DNA of 64,000 nt from a bacterium (GTDB taxonomy: Bacteria > Patescibacteriota > Gracilibacteria > UBA4473), in contig JABGQW010000025.1 in the NCBI GenBank assembly GCA_018648585.1, positions 3,736 through 67,735 on the forward strand. The letters are read 5' to 3'. Positions 27,411 to 37,225 of this stretch are shown here, piece after piece; the first letter of the stretch is position 1, and each line of letters begins with the position of its first letter. The notes beneath the pieces are model-generated. The model saw only the letters and a list, made by a program, of their open reading frames with translations. It ran no database searches and had not been told where the DNA came from. The position numbers and the translations under genes are program-made.

Positions 27411-28523
27411 TCACAGCCCGTCCGGACGTTGAAAAATTGTTCCAGAAAAAATACCGCGAAAAACGTGCACGATCGTGATTCCCCACAATCCGACCGACAA
27501 AACCCAGAAAAATTTTGCCACAAAAATCAAAAACCCAAACACCGGAACCGCAAGCGAAACCGTCGCCAGCGAAATTCCGAGCGCCGCAGTCGGAAACACG
27601 AACGCGAAAAATCCGAGCGAGAACGGAATCGAAGTTCCGCGTTTTAAATATTTCGAAAAAAATAAAATCAGCGTGATCCCAAACCAAAAAAATCCAAATC
27701 CCAAAATAAACGGCGTGTACAAAACGAGAAAATTTTTGATCGCGCCGGAAAAATGCGCAAGCGACTCAATCGATCCCGTCGCCGCCGCGAGCGAAAAAAA
27801 CGCGATCAGCGATACGCCGACCGGCGCCAGCGGAATGAAAAAACTCGGTGCCACCGAGGCAGGAGGAAGCGGCTGAAATTTCATTCGAAAAAAAATCATC
27901 ATCTGCACCACCGCGAAAATCACGAACGCCACGCCGATCAAAAATAAATGAAAAATCAAAACTTTTTCTGAAAACGACACCGACCAGTGCGGCACGAGAA
28001 AATTTCCGGCAAAAATGTTGACGAACAATCCCACCGGCGGCAAAAGCCAAATTCCGATCGCGTGTTTTTGTTCCACTTTTTCAGAGCAAATCAACATCGC
28101 GCAAACCGAGAAAATCACGATCACGCCGAACACGATTCCGAACCAGTACAAACTCGTCGCCAACTGCACCGCGAAATCGAGCGAAATTAGTTTTTCAGGA
28201 ATTACAATTTTGGAAATTGCCGTCGACAAAATCGCAGATGCGATCGAAATTCCCGCAAAAAATTTTGAAGAAACCGGGTGCAAAAAATCTTTTTTGACAC
28301 AACTCGGACAGATCACCGCGCGCGCCAGAAATCCGAAAATGGCCAAAACGAAGACTCCACCAGCAACCCCGAGGAAAATTAGTGCCAAAAATTTGAGCAT
28401 CAAACTTCCCGCTGCCACGCCCAAAATCTGGGAAAAAATCGCCAGCGCGCCCGTCGCCATCACTGCCATAAACCAGCGCGCCTCGAGGGACGCGATCGCC
28501 GATCTTGTTGAATTTTTGAACAT
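27411..28523 (-). CDS. TehA/SLAC1-type (TDT family) anion transporter
   Basis: About 10 TM helices. N-terminal LEARWFMAVMATGALAI is typical of the family. Start moved in-frame to MFKNST, which removes the overlap with pgi. Confidence 0.7.
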   Translation of the reverse strand: MFKNSTRSAIASLEARWFMAVMATGALAIFSQILGVAAGSLMLKFLALIFLGVAGGVFVLAIFGFLARAVICPSCVKKDFLHPVSSKFFAGISIASAILSTAISKIVIPEKLISLDFAVQLATSLYWFGIVFGVIVIFSVCAMLICSEKVEQKHAIGIWLLPPVGLFVNIFAGNFLVPHWSVSFSEKVLIFHLFLIGVAFVIFAVVQMMIFFRMKFQPLPPASVAPSFFIPLAPVGVSLIAFFSLAAATGSIESLAHFSGAIKNFLVLYTPFILGFGFFWFGITLILFFSKYLKRGTSIPFSLGFFAFVFPTAALGISLATVSLAVPVFGFLIFVAKFFWVLSVGLWGITIVHVFRGIFSGTIFQRPDGL

Positions 28524-28616
28524 TTTGAAAAAAAATTGGGAAATAATTTTACTCCAATCGAAAAATTTCCACCACCAGTTCTGGCATTTTTTTTTTGAAA
28601 TTGTAGACTGCGAGCG

Positions 28617-29714
28617 ATGATCAAAATTAATTTCGAACACGCACCGGCGAAAATTTCGGAGAAAAAGTTTTCCAAAATCATGGAAAAATTTAAATCACGC
28701 GGCCAAGAATTTTTCGAAATTCTGGACGAATCGACCGCAGATTTTCATTCGTTCGCAGCAAAATTTTCAGGAAAATACGATGAAATTCTCGTGCTCGGAA
28801 TCGGCGGATCCGCGCTCGGGACGCGGCTGCTCGCTGATTTTTTTGGGAATAAAAAATTGCACGTGCTCGACACGCTCGATCCGGACGAAGTTTCGAAATT
28901 TCCAAAATCGCCGAACACGCTCGTCGTCGTGATTTCGAAATCCGGCGGCACGCTCGAAACGATGAAATTACGCGATCATTTTGTGGAAAAAATGCCGATC
29001 GACCGATTTGTCGTAATTTCTGAAAAAAACTCAAACCTGTGGAATTGGGCAGCGGAGAAAAAAATTCCCGCGTTCGAAATGCCGCGAAATGTCGGCGGAC
29101 GATTTTCGGTTTTGACGAGCGTCGGACTGCTCCCGGCCGCAGTTGCGGGGATCGAAATCGATGAAATTTTGGTCGGTGCGAAAAAAATGCGCGACGAATT
29201 TTTGCGTGAAAATGGATTGCCGTGGCAGCTCGCGCGGACAATTTTTGAAAGTGGAAAATCGCAGCTCGTGCATTTTCCGTACATTTCGAAATTGAAAACT
29301 TTTGGCGCGTGGTGGACGCAGCTCGTCGGCGAATCGCTCGGGAAAAATGGGAACGGATTCACGCCGATTCCCGCGGTCGGACCGACCGATCAGCATTCGC
29401 TGCTCCAACTTTTGGCGGACGGACCGGACGATTTTTTCACGATTTTTGTGGAAAATTTGGAGTTTGAAAAAAATCCGCTCGGAAAAATCGCGAACGCGGA
29501 ACTCCGCGCGACGGCGGAAAGTTTGGCGGAAAAAAATCGGCCGAGCGCGACGATTAAAATTGAAAAATGCGACGCGGAAACTTTGGGCGAACTGATCGCG
29601 CTCTGGCAGGGAACCGTCGCGCTGCTCGGCGAACTTTTGGAAGTGAACGCGTTTGACCAGCCGGGCGTCGAACGAGGAAAAGTTTTGACGAAAAAGTTTT
29701 TGGGGAAATTGTAA
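28617..29714 (+). CDS. pgi: glucose-6-phosphate isomerase (short form)
   Basis: LGIGGSALG, ISKSGGTLET, GGRFSVLTSVGLLPAA, GPTDQHS, NAFDQPGVERGK. Confidence 0.9.
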   Translation: MIKINFEHAPAKISEKKFSKIMEKFKSRGQEFFEILDESTADFHSFAAKFSGKYDEILVLGIGGSALGTRLLADFFGNKKLHVLDTLDPDEVSKFPKSPNTLVVVISKSGGTLETMKLRDHFVEKMPIDRFVVISEKNSNLWNWAAEKKIPAFEMPRNVGGRFSVLTSVGLLPAAVAGIEIDEILVGAKKMRDEFLRENGLPWQLARTIFESGKSQLVHFPYISKLKTFGAWWTQLVGESLGKNGNGFTPIPAVGPTDQHSLLQLLADGPDDFFTIFVENLEFEKNPLGKIANAELRATAESLAEKNRPSATIKIEKCDAETLGELIALWQGTVALLGELLEVNAFDQPGVERGKVLTKKFLGKL

Positions 29715-29760
29715 TATTTTGACAAACTGATCGTTTTAAGTTTTACGTGGTTTTATTAAA

Positions 29761-31533
29761 ATGAAAACAACCGCTCGATCAACGCTGAAACAGTACTGGA
29801 ACGTTTCTAAAAAATATTCTGGATATTTTTATTTCAAATTTTTTGTAAAAGCGCTCGCAATTGCCGGCGCAATTTATGTGCAACTTTATTTCAAAGATTT
29901 TTTTGATTTAATTACAGAATTTTCCGGCGAAAATCGAATGGATTTATGGCCAAAATTACTTCGAATTTTTATCATCGTGACCGTTTTTGATTTTGCAATT
30001 TATCCGATTTTGGAAAGAATTGGCGACTGGTTAATAACACGTTTTCAAGTAAAAGGAATGCGCGATTTGCAAAATGTGTGTTTTGAAAATATGCACAAAC
30101 ATTCGGTTGGATTTTTCGCCAACAGTTTTGTCGGAAGTTTGATTGCAAAATCTGGACGATTCGTCCGTGGTTTTGAACGATTGGACGATCTGATATATTT
30201 CAATTTTTGGCCAAATATTTTGCGCCTCATTCTGTCCGTAATTGTCCTTTTTACGCTGGTTCCCATGATTGCAATTCTTCTTTTGGGTTGGGCAATTTTG
30301 TACGTCTTGGTCGTGAATTATTTTTCTTTGAAACGGAGAAAATACGAAATTATTCGCAACAAAGAAGAAACAAAATCGCACGGACTTTTCGCCGATGGAG
30401 TTTCAAATACATTCACCGTGAAAATGTTTGCGCGTTTTTTTTACGAACGAAAAAAAATGTTTTCTCAAACACAACGAGAAAGCGACGCTCGAATGGTGGC
30501 GTGGATTTTTAACGTCAAACAAGATTTTTTACAGTCTGTTTTGATGACGTTGCTGCAAGCCGTTGTGTTTTGGTTTTTGATTCGTGGCTGGCTCGACGGA
30601 TCGGTGTCCGTCGGAACAATGGTCGTCACACAAGCGTATCTCATCGGAATTTACGTGAATTTTTGGAATTTCGGACAAGTCATCAAAGATCTGTACACTG
30701 TTTTTTCGGACGCGGAAGAAATGTCCGAAATTATTGAAAAAACGCCGCAGATTTTGGATCCAGAAAATCCGGAAAAATGCAAAATTCACCGCGGAAAAAT
30801 CAAGTTTCAAAACGTCTCGTTCGGGTACCAGAAAAAAAATCCCGTTCTCAAAAATTTCAATTTCCGCGCAAAACCCGGCGAGCACGTCGGGCTGGTCGGT
30901 GCGTCTGGTGCGGGAAAATCCACGATCACGAAACTGCTGCTGCGATTCGACGATCTCGACCACGGGGAGATTTTGATCGACGGGCAAAATATTTCGAACA
31001 TTTCGCAGGAAAATCTGCGCGAAAAAATCGCGTACGTGCCACAGGAACCGCTGCTGTTTCACCGGTCACTTTTTGAAAACATTCGATACGGAAATCTCGA
31101 CTCAAAAAAAACGGACGTCGTCGCCGCGGCAAAAATGGCGCACGCGCACGAATTTATCGAAAAAACGGAAAAAAAATACGACACGCTCGTCGGAGAACGC
31201 GGGATAAAATTGAGCGGCGGCGAACGGCAGCGGGTTTCGATCGCGCGCGCGATTTTGAAAAATGCACCGATCCTCGTACTCGACGAAGCCACGAGCGCGC
31301 TCGATTCGAGATCGGAGGAAAAAATTCAGTCCGCACTCGAAGTTTTGATGAAAAACCGCACGACGCTCGTGGTGGCGCACCGGCTCTCGACACTGAAAAA
31401 AATGGACTGGATCGTCGTGATCGGCGACGGGAAAATTTTGGAGCAGGGCTCGCCGCGCGAACTTTTGGCGGACAAAAACAGTCGGTTCAAAAAAATGTGG
31501 GACCGACAGGTCGGCGGATTTTTGCCGGACTGA
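29761..31533 (+). CDS. ABC transporter, fused permease/ATPase (type I exporter, MsbA-like)
   Basis: Six N-terminal TM helices. Walker A GASGAGKST, signature LSGGERQR, Walker B ILVLDEATSALD. Confidence 0.92.
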   Translation: MKTTARSTLKQYWNVSKKYSGYFYFKFFVKALAIAGAIYVQLYFKDFFDLITEFSGENRMDLWPKLLRIFIIVTVFDFAIYPILERIGDWLITRFQVKGMRDLQNVCFENMHKHSVGFFANSFVGSLIAKSGRFVRGFERLDDLIYFNFWPNILRLILSVIVLFTLVPMIAILLLGWAILYVLVVNYFSLKRRKYEIIRNKEETKSHGLFADGVSNTFTVKMFARFFYERKKMFSQTQRESDARMVAWIFNVKQDFLQSVLMTLLQAVVFWFLIRGWLDGSVSVGTMVVTQAYLIGIYVNFWNFGQVIKDLYTVFSDAEEMSEIIEKTPQILDPENPEKCKIHRGKIKFQNVSFGYQKKNPVLKNFNFRAKPGEHVGLVGASGAGKSTITKLLLRFDDLDHGEILIDGQNISNISQENLREKIAYVPQEPLLFHRSLFENIRYGNLDSKKTDVVAAAKMAHAHEFIEKTEKKYDTLVGERGIKLSGGERQRVSIARAILKNAPILVLDEATSALDSRSEEKIQSALEVLMKNRTTLVVAHRLSTLKKMDWIVVIGDGKILEQGSPRELLADKNSRFKKMWDRQVGGFLPD

Positions 31534-31555
31534 AAAATGTGGTACGCTCCGCCCC

Positions 31556-32716
31556 GTGAAAACATATTTGTTCGTTCTCGGGAGAAATGTTGCGCTGTCT
31601 CGCGCGGAGTTGAAAAATTTTTGCGACGAAATTCTGGTGGACGAAAAAAATCATCTGCTGCTCGCGGAAAATTTGAAATTTGAAAATCCGCGGGATTTGC
31701 CAAAATCGCCGGAACAGATTTTTCTCGATCGACTCGGCGGCACGATCCGGATCGCGGAAATTGTCGACGAGTTTTTTTCGAAAGAAAAAATGGCGGACGC
31801 GATCGCCAAAATCGCGCTGGAAAATGGCGAGGAAAAACCCAAAATCGGCGTCTCCGCGTGGGGCACTGGAAACCGGTTTTTGCCGGATTTTTTGAAACTT
31901 TTGAAAACGAAATTTGCCGCGGTGCGATTTGAAAATGTCGGCGGAAAAAATCTCACGTCGGGAAATATTTTTGATCGAAAACTTTTGAAACGCGGGAACG
32001 AATTCATCGTCTGGCAGCGGGAAAACTCGTTTTTGCTCGCGAAAACCTGCGCCAACCAAAACCTGCGAAATTACGTTTTGCGCGATCGCGACAAACCGTT
32101 CCGCGACGCAAAAATGGGAATGCTGCCGCCGAAACTCGCGCAGATTTTGATCAATCTCGCCGCGCCAGGAAAAACCGAAACCGTGCTCGATCCGTTTTGC
32201 GGCTCGGGGACGATCTGCAGCGAATCCGCGATCGCCGGATTTCGAAGCGTCGGCAGCGACACAAATTCGAATTTTTTGGACGGCGCAAAAAAGAATTTTC
32301 AATTTCTCGCGGAAAAATTTCGGTACAACCAAAATTCCGGCACGTTTTTTGTGCGAGAAGCAACGGAATTTCCGTTTGGAAATTACACCGGCGTGATCGC
32401 GACAGAGGGCTGGCTCGGGGAAAATTTTGAAAAAATACCAACGCCCGGACAGATCGCAGAAAATGAAAAAAAAGTCGTCGAACTGTGGACAAAATTTTTT
32501 GCCAATTTACACGGAAAAAATATCCGACGAATCGCACTCTGCCTCCCGTGTTGGCGCACAAATTCGGGTGAGAAATCGATCGCCGAAAAAATATTTGCCA
32601 AAGCCAAAAATTCTGGCTACACTCCGCTCGCTCTTTTTGGCGCACAAAACACGTTTGTGTACGCACGAGACGAAAGTTTCGTTGCGCGCGAGATCTGTGT
32701 TTTGGAAAAAAAATAA
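31556..32716 (+). CDS. class I SAM-dependent methyltransferase (UPF0020/THUMP-associated RNA methylase-like)
   Basis: Motif I LDPFCGSGTI. A canonical (D/N)PPY motif was not seen (TEGWLG at the expected place). GTG start. Confidence 0.55.
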   Translation: MKTYLFVLGRNVALSRAELKNFCDEILVDEKNHLLLAENLKFENPRDLPKSPEQIFLDRLGGTIRIAEIVDEFFSKEKMADAIAKIALENGEEKPKIGVSAWGTGNRFLPDFLKLLKTKFAAVRFENVGGKNLTSGNIFDRKLLKRGNEFIVWQRENSFLLAKTCANQNLRNYVLRDRDKPFRDAKMGMLPPKLAQILINLAAPGKTETVLDPFCGSGTICSESAIAGFRSVGSDTNSNFLDGAKKNFQFLAEKFRYNQNSGTFFVREATEFPFGNYTGVIATEGWLGENFEKIPTPGQIAENEKKVVELWTKFFANLHGKNIRRIALCLPCWRTNSGEKSIAEKIFAKAKNSGYTPLALFGAQNTFVYARDESFVAREICVLEKK

Positions 32717-32782
32717 CCGCCCCAAGTAAAATTCACGTAGCGTGTTTTACGCGGAGAAAAAAACAGTGATGCAATCACAACA

Positions 32783-32857
32783 ATCCCGGGTAGCTCAGCG
32801 GTAGAGCAATTGGCTGTTAACCAATGGGTCGCCGGTTCGAATCCGGCCCCGGGAGCC
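32783..32857 (+). tRNA. tRNA-Asn (anticodon GUU), CCA encoded
   Basis: Hand-folded: acceptor TCCCGGG/CCCGGGA, anticodon arm ATTGG-CTGTTAA-CCAAT, T arm GCCGG-TTCGAAT-CCGGC. Confidence 0.9.
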
Positions 32858-32969
32858 ATAAAAAAATAGTGATGTTCCCCCCGCGGGAATAGCACTCTTT
32901 TTTATTTTCACGAAGTGGAATTTCGAATCGGTTCGGTTCGATGACGAACACAGTGAGGAAAACGAAGTC

Positions 32970-32998
32970 ATCCGGCCCCGGGAGCCATAAAAAAATAG
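32970..32998 (+). repeat. 29-nt direct duplicate of the tRNA-Asn 3' end plus trailer (att-like)
   Basis: ATCCGGCCCCGGGAGCCATAAAAAAATAG is identical to 32840-32868. Confidence 0.8.
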
Positions 32999-33112
32999 AC
33001 GAATCCTCGTGATTTGTTGTTTTTTAAAACTACGTAATTTGACTTGCTGTCGAACGAAATGATGAATGCAAAACGATCCAACGCCAGGAGAATTTTATTT
33101 TTAAAAAAAAAC

Positions 33113-33140
33113 TTGCTTTTTTTATTTTATTTTGTATCAT
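33113..33140 (+). promoter_or_regulatory. sigma-70-like promoter for cspA
   Basis: TTGCTT-N16-TATCAT preceded by an A/T-rich UP-like tract. It leaves a ~90-nt 5' UTR, as is usual for csp genes. Confidence 0.5.
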
Positions 33141-33231
33141 CGGGCCCTTGTGGGTAGCGTGTTAAAGAGTTTAGACGATAAATTTCTACAATACAAAACT
33201 TACGAAATTTATTTTCTAACCTTTTCTTACC

Positions 33232-33429
33232 ATGAAAGGTTCAATCAAAAACCTCCTCAACGGGTTTGGATTCATCACTCCTGAAGACGGAGACAAAGAC
33301 ATTTTCTTTCACGCCAACGATCTCGTCGGTGTTGATTTTGAAAGTCTGAAACCTGGTGACGTCGTCACATTTGACGTCGGACAGTCAGAAAAAGGCCCAA
33401 AAGCCGAAAACATTGCACTCGCCGCGTAA
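33232..33429 (+). CDS. cspA: cold-shock protein (CSD)
   Basis: NGFGFI (RNP1) and IFFHAN (RNP2). 65 aa. Confidence 0.93.
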   Translation: MKGSIKNLLNGFGFITPEDGDKDIFFHANDLVGVDFESLKPGDVVTFDVGQSEKGPKAENIALAA

Positions 33430-33455
33430 TTTTTACACGGTCGCAATCACAAAAA

Positions 33456-33482
33456 AGATCGCAAAATGCGGTCTTTTTTTAT
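33456..33482 (+). terminator. intrinsic terminator
   Basis: AGATCGCA-aaa-TGCGGTCT followed by a T7+ run. Confidence 0.75.
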
Positions 33483-33678
33483 TGAGAAGAAAATAGTAAA
33501 AATTGACAATTCACCGAAAACGCACTAAAAACACTTTGTACTTTTCGAAATCTGAATTTTTTCAGGCTGAGAAGTCGTTCTCTGAAATATCGATCATTTT
33601 AATTCACAGATTTGAGTGAAACGTTTTGGGTTGCTCCAGCTCAGGATGTTTCACTTAAATTAATTTAAAATTTGTATT

Positions 33679-34464
33679 ATGAAAAATTTAGTTTTTATTC
33701 TTTTGATTTCAGCATTCTTTACCGGATGCGTGAGTATCCCCCAGCTTCCACAATCCTTTGACTCGTATGTCAAAAGTGGTGGTCAAGCAGAATACTGTCC
33801 CACTTCTGTAAAAATGAAAATCGTAATGCGGGATTCAATTCCACAATATCGTTTTTCAAAACAGCAGAAAAATGATACCACAGCTTGGATTTACGCCGAC
33901 ACAGCAGGTAATCGACAGTATTTTGGTTGGTCTTATTTGGGCGAATCAGGTACCTACTGCTACTGCTGTTCGGAATGGCAAAACACTATGGATGAGATTG
34001 AAACAGAAATGGAAAACTTCCATCAATGTTATTCTCAGACAGATAATCCTCACAACAAAAGGATTATCAAATCTTTTTTAAAAGAACTTTTGCCGACAGA
34101 AGCTCAAACAAAATTGTTGATTATTTCTGAAAAGAAATTAAGCAAATCAACCATTCCTGAGATTGAGCACTATCCACTTTCTAATTCCAAAAAATGGAAA
34201 ATTGCCTCTGGCAAATTCCGGCTCATAATGACCGAAAATTTTACGCTCGATGTTCTTTTTGTCGATGCGGCCCCCGGATCATTTGAGGGGAAAACTTTTA
34301 TTCAACTGGGAAACAACGAAATGATCACCTTTCGTGATCAGTACAAACCAATGAGCCGACTGACAAATAAGGAAATGAACAAACTCCTTGACATTCTGGC
34401 CTCTCAAGCAGAAGAAATCCAAGAACTCTGGACAGGAATTATCAAAAAATTGAAAGAGAATTAA
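33679..34464 (+). CDS. hypothetical lipoprotein
   Basis: Lipobox LLISAFFTGC. The sequence texture differs from neighbouring genes. Confidence 0.65.
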   Translation: MKNLVFILLISAFFTGCVSIPQLPQSFDSYVKSGGQAEYCPTSVKMKIVMRDSIPQYRFSKQQKNDTTAWIYADTAGNRQYFGWSYLGESGTYCYCCSEWQNTMDEIETEMENFHQCYSQTDNPHNKRIIKSFLKELLPTEAQTKLLIISEKKLSKSTIPEIEHYPLSNSKKWKIASGKFRLIMTENFTLDVLFVDAAPGSFEGKTFIQLGNNEMITFRDQYKPMSRLTNKEMNKLLDILASQAEEIQELWTGIIKKLKEN

Positions 34465-34480
34465 AGATCGATTCTTTAGA

Positions 34481-34509
34481 AAAAACCCCAGCGACTGCCG
34501 GGGTTTTTC
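34481..34509. terminator. bidirectional terminator hairpin between convergent genes
   Basis: AAAAACCCCAGC-gact-GCCGGGGTTTTT. Confidence 0.65.
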
Positions 34510-34529
34510 TTTTATTTTCGAAAAAAGTC

Positions 34530-35528
34530 TTAACTTCCGCACGCTGCGGCCGCAGCCGCGTCGCCTTCTCCGCTCCATCCAAATCCTGGACTTGGGGCGG
34601 CGGTTGGCATTTCTATTTCACATTCGGCAGGAGCCGTTTCAAATCCTGCACAAATCGCGTTCATCAAACTCTGCGGATCACGTCCTGCGCTGGAAACTTT
34701 TCCGTTGATCACGAGTGTTGGCGATCCGCGAACACCGTATTTCAAATTATCGGCATCGTTGACGAGAAATTTTGGAAATCGTTCATTGACCCACGTGGTT
34801 TTATCTTCAAATCCAGACATCACGCTGAATTCTGTGTCGAGCGCTGCAACACACTCCGTGACATCCAATCCTGATTTTTCCAAGCATCCCGCGCCGTCGT
34901 CTGCTTCCAGAAAACAAGTCAAATATTCATTAAATTTTTCTGGTGATTCTTTCGAAATACAAACCTGATTCATTTGTTCTTTGAGTTCTTTTTCGCCGTG
35001 CATCGCGTAGTTGACGAATTTCAATTGAAAATCAATCGCATCGCCAAGCGTCTGAACGACTGGCAATAATCCTTTTTCAATCTGCGTCCCGTACGGACAA
35101 TGACTCATCACAAAAGCTTCCACCACCGGCGTTTCTACTTTTTCCATTTCCACTGCCGCTGCAACTACCGCAACAGCCGCTGCCGTCGCAGCAGCTTCTC
35201 TGTCTTTTGTCACCTGATCGACATCCATCACTTGTGGATAAAATTCTTTTCCATCGTTCGAAATGTAGGAAACGATTTCTCGCCCGCCCGCATCCACGAC
35301 AAGTTTGTATAATTTTTCTGAAACTTCGCTCATTTCTTTGACCGTCGCGGCCTGCCCCGCTGGCATCAACGCGATATTTATAAATTCTTCAGCCACTGTT
35401 TTTAGTTCCGTTTCTGACAAATCTGAAAATGCAGAATCATTGTCGATGACCGACGCTTGCAAATCTTGTGTCTCACAGCCAGTCAAAACCAACCCGAGCA
35501 ACAAACCGAGAACGAGAAATTTTTTCAT
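34530..35528 (-). CDS. thioredoxin-fold lipoprotein (DsbA-like)
   Basis: Lipobox LVLTGC and a VMSHCPYG motif at the start of a thioredoxin-like domain. Several additional Cys residues. Start moved in-frame to MKKFLVLG. Confidence 0.55.
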   Translation of the reverse strand: MKKFLVLGLLLGLVLTGCETQDLQASVIDNDSAFSDLSETELKTVAEEFINIALMPAGQAATVKEMSEVSEKLYKLVVDAGGREIVSYISNDGKEFYPQVMDVDQVTKDREAAATAAAVAVVAAAVEMEKVETPVVEAFVMSHCPYGTQIEKGLLPVVQTLGDAIDFQLKFVNYAMHGEKELKEQMNQVCISKESPEKFNEYLTCFLEADDGAGCLEKSGLDVTECVAALDTEFSVMSGFEDKTTWVNERFPKFLVNDADNLKYGVRGSPTLVINGKVSSAGRDPQSLMNAICAGFETAPAECEIEMPTAAPSPGFGWSGEGDAAAAAACGS

Positions 35529-35612
35529 TTCAAAAGGGATTATTCGAGTTCGATGGTACATATTTTGTTAAAAAAAACAAGTTTTTTTTACTAAAATTCA
35601 ATATTTTGTTTT

Positions 35613-36419
35613 TTACGCAAAATACGCCGCAGCGTTTTCGAAAACTTTTCGATTCGTCGTTTCCTCCGGAACTTCAAAATTCTCGCGCCGCGCGAGTTCT
35701 TTCATTTTTCCAAATTCTGGCAAATTCGTCGAAAAAAGTCCACGCTCCGGATGCGGCATTAATCCAAGAATCCGTCCGCTCGGATCGCAAATTCCCGCGA
35801 TATCGCGCGCCGCACCGTTCGGGTTGGCGGGAAATTTTCCGTTGGCCAAAACTCCGTGCGCATCAATGTACTGAAAAACAATCTGGTCATTTTTTTCGAG
35901 CGCGTCGAGCTGCGTATCCGGCAGATAAAAATTTCCTTCGCCGTGCGACATCGGCAAATACAACTTTTCAATTCCGCGCGTCCAAACGCATTTTTGCGAA
36001 ACCATTTTCAAGTGCACGTACCGGCAGACAAATCGGTTCGTTTTATTTTTGAGAAGTCCCGCCTGGCGTTCGCCGTATTTTTTTTCCAAAGCCGGTACAA
36101 GTCCGAGCGCCACCAAAACCTGGAATCCGTTGCAGATCCCGAGCGTCAACGTGTCGCGCTGCACAAATTTTAAAACTTCGTCGCCGAGATTATTTTGAAT
36201 TAAATTCGAAAGTGCTTTTCCTGATCCGGTGTGATCGCCGTGCGAAAACCCGCCCGGAAAAACGAGAATTTGAGTTTTGTCCAAAATTTTCGGATCATCG
36301 AGCAAATCCCGCGTGTGCACGTACCGCGCGTCGCAGCCAGCCGCGTTGAGCGCGAAAATGGTTTCGGTTTCGGAATTTATTCCGTACCCGCCGAGAACGA
36401 TTGCGGTTGGTTTTTTCAT
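35613..36419 (-). CDS. purQ: phosphoribosylformylglycinamidine synthase, glutaminase subunit
   Basis: GATase triad context LGICNGFQVLV ... MPHPER. Confidence 0.92.
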   Translation of the reverse strand: MKKPTAIVLGGYGINSETETIFALNAAGCDARYVHTRDLLDDPKILDKTQILVFPGGFSHGDHTGSGKALSNLIQNNLGDEVLKFVQRDTLTLGICNGFQVLVALGLVPALEKKYGERQAGLLKNKTNRFVCRYVHLKMVSQKCVWTRGIEKLYLPMSHGEGNFYLPDTQLDALEKNDQIVFQYIDAHGVLANGKFPANPNGAARDIAGICDPSGRILGLMPHPERGLFSTNLPEFGKMKELARRENFEVPEETTNRKVFENAAAYFA

Positions 36420-37222
36420 TATAAATTTTTGAAAAAGGCCGGATCAATGTCGTACTCAGTACGTTCAACGAATCCAATTTTAAATTTTTGCAACAATTCA
36501 ACGAGCCGATCTCCGTTAATTAATTCTATTCTCAAATTTTGAGCAGCCTCTTTTGCCTGGCGAGAAAATGCTGACGTTGTGATAAAAACAGCCTTTTCTG
36601 CTCCAAACTGCTGTTTTGCCCCCGCCAACTTCTGAACATCTGGTGCTCCCACCGTGTTTCCAGTTGCATATTTTTTTGCCTGAAATACAACCTGAAATCG
36701 AACAAGCCCCAAAATCAAATCTCCTCGACCATCAATGCCTCCGTCCCCCGAACGCTGTGTAACTTCGACATTTTCAAAATCTAACTTTTCAAAAAGCTGA
36801 CCACACAAACGTTCAAATTGAAATGGATCAAGCTGCTGCAAAATTTCCGATGGAGAAGCTTCCGGCTCTTCTGTCTTCAGATTTTCTTCTTCCACAACGG
36901 AGGCTAAATTTAATTCCGACTTTTTATCATTTAAAAATAACGCAACTTCTTTTTTTCCTTTTTCAGAAAGCTCCCAAACCCCACGAGGAGAATCCGAAAG
37001 TAATAATCCGGCTTGTTTTAATTTTTCCCGAGAAAATGCCACTCTGTTTCTAAAAATTGGATATCCGGTGGTTGGATATTTTTCCAAAAAATCAGCATCT
37101 GTTATTTCAGGAAAAAAAGATGCCACTTTTTCGGTCGCTTCGCTTGTTTTAGATCTTCCTCCAAGAGAATGAAGCGCTAAAAGCAACTTTGGCTCAATTT
37201 GTGACTGTGTTGGAATTTTCAT
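36419..37222 (-). CDS. mrr: Mrr-family restriction endonuclease (Mrr_N winged helix plus Mrr_cat)
   Basis: N-terminal LLALHSLGGRSKTSEATEKVASFF..IFRNRVAFSREKLKQAGLL. Catalytic-domain pattern FERLCGQLFEKLDFENVEVTQRSGDGGIDGRG...FQAKKY. Confidence 0.8.
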   Translation of the reverse strand: MKIPTQSQIEPKLLLALHSLGGRSKTSEATEKVASFFPEITDADFLEKYPTTGYPIFRNRVAFSREKLKQAGLLLSDSPRGVWELSEKGKKEVALFLNDKKSELNLASVVEEENLKTEEPEASPSEILQQLDPFQFERLCGQLFEKLDFENVEVTQRSGDGGIDGRGDLILGLVRFQVVFQAKKYATGNTVGAPDVQKLAGAKQQFGAEKAVFITTSAFSRQAKEAAQNLRIELINGDRLVELLQKFKIGFVERTEYDIDPAFFKNL

Positions 37223-37225
37223 TTT

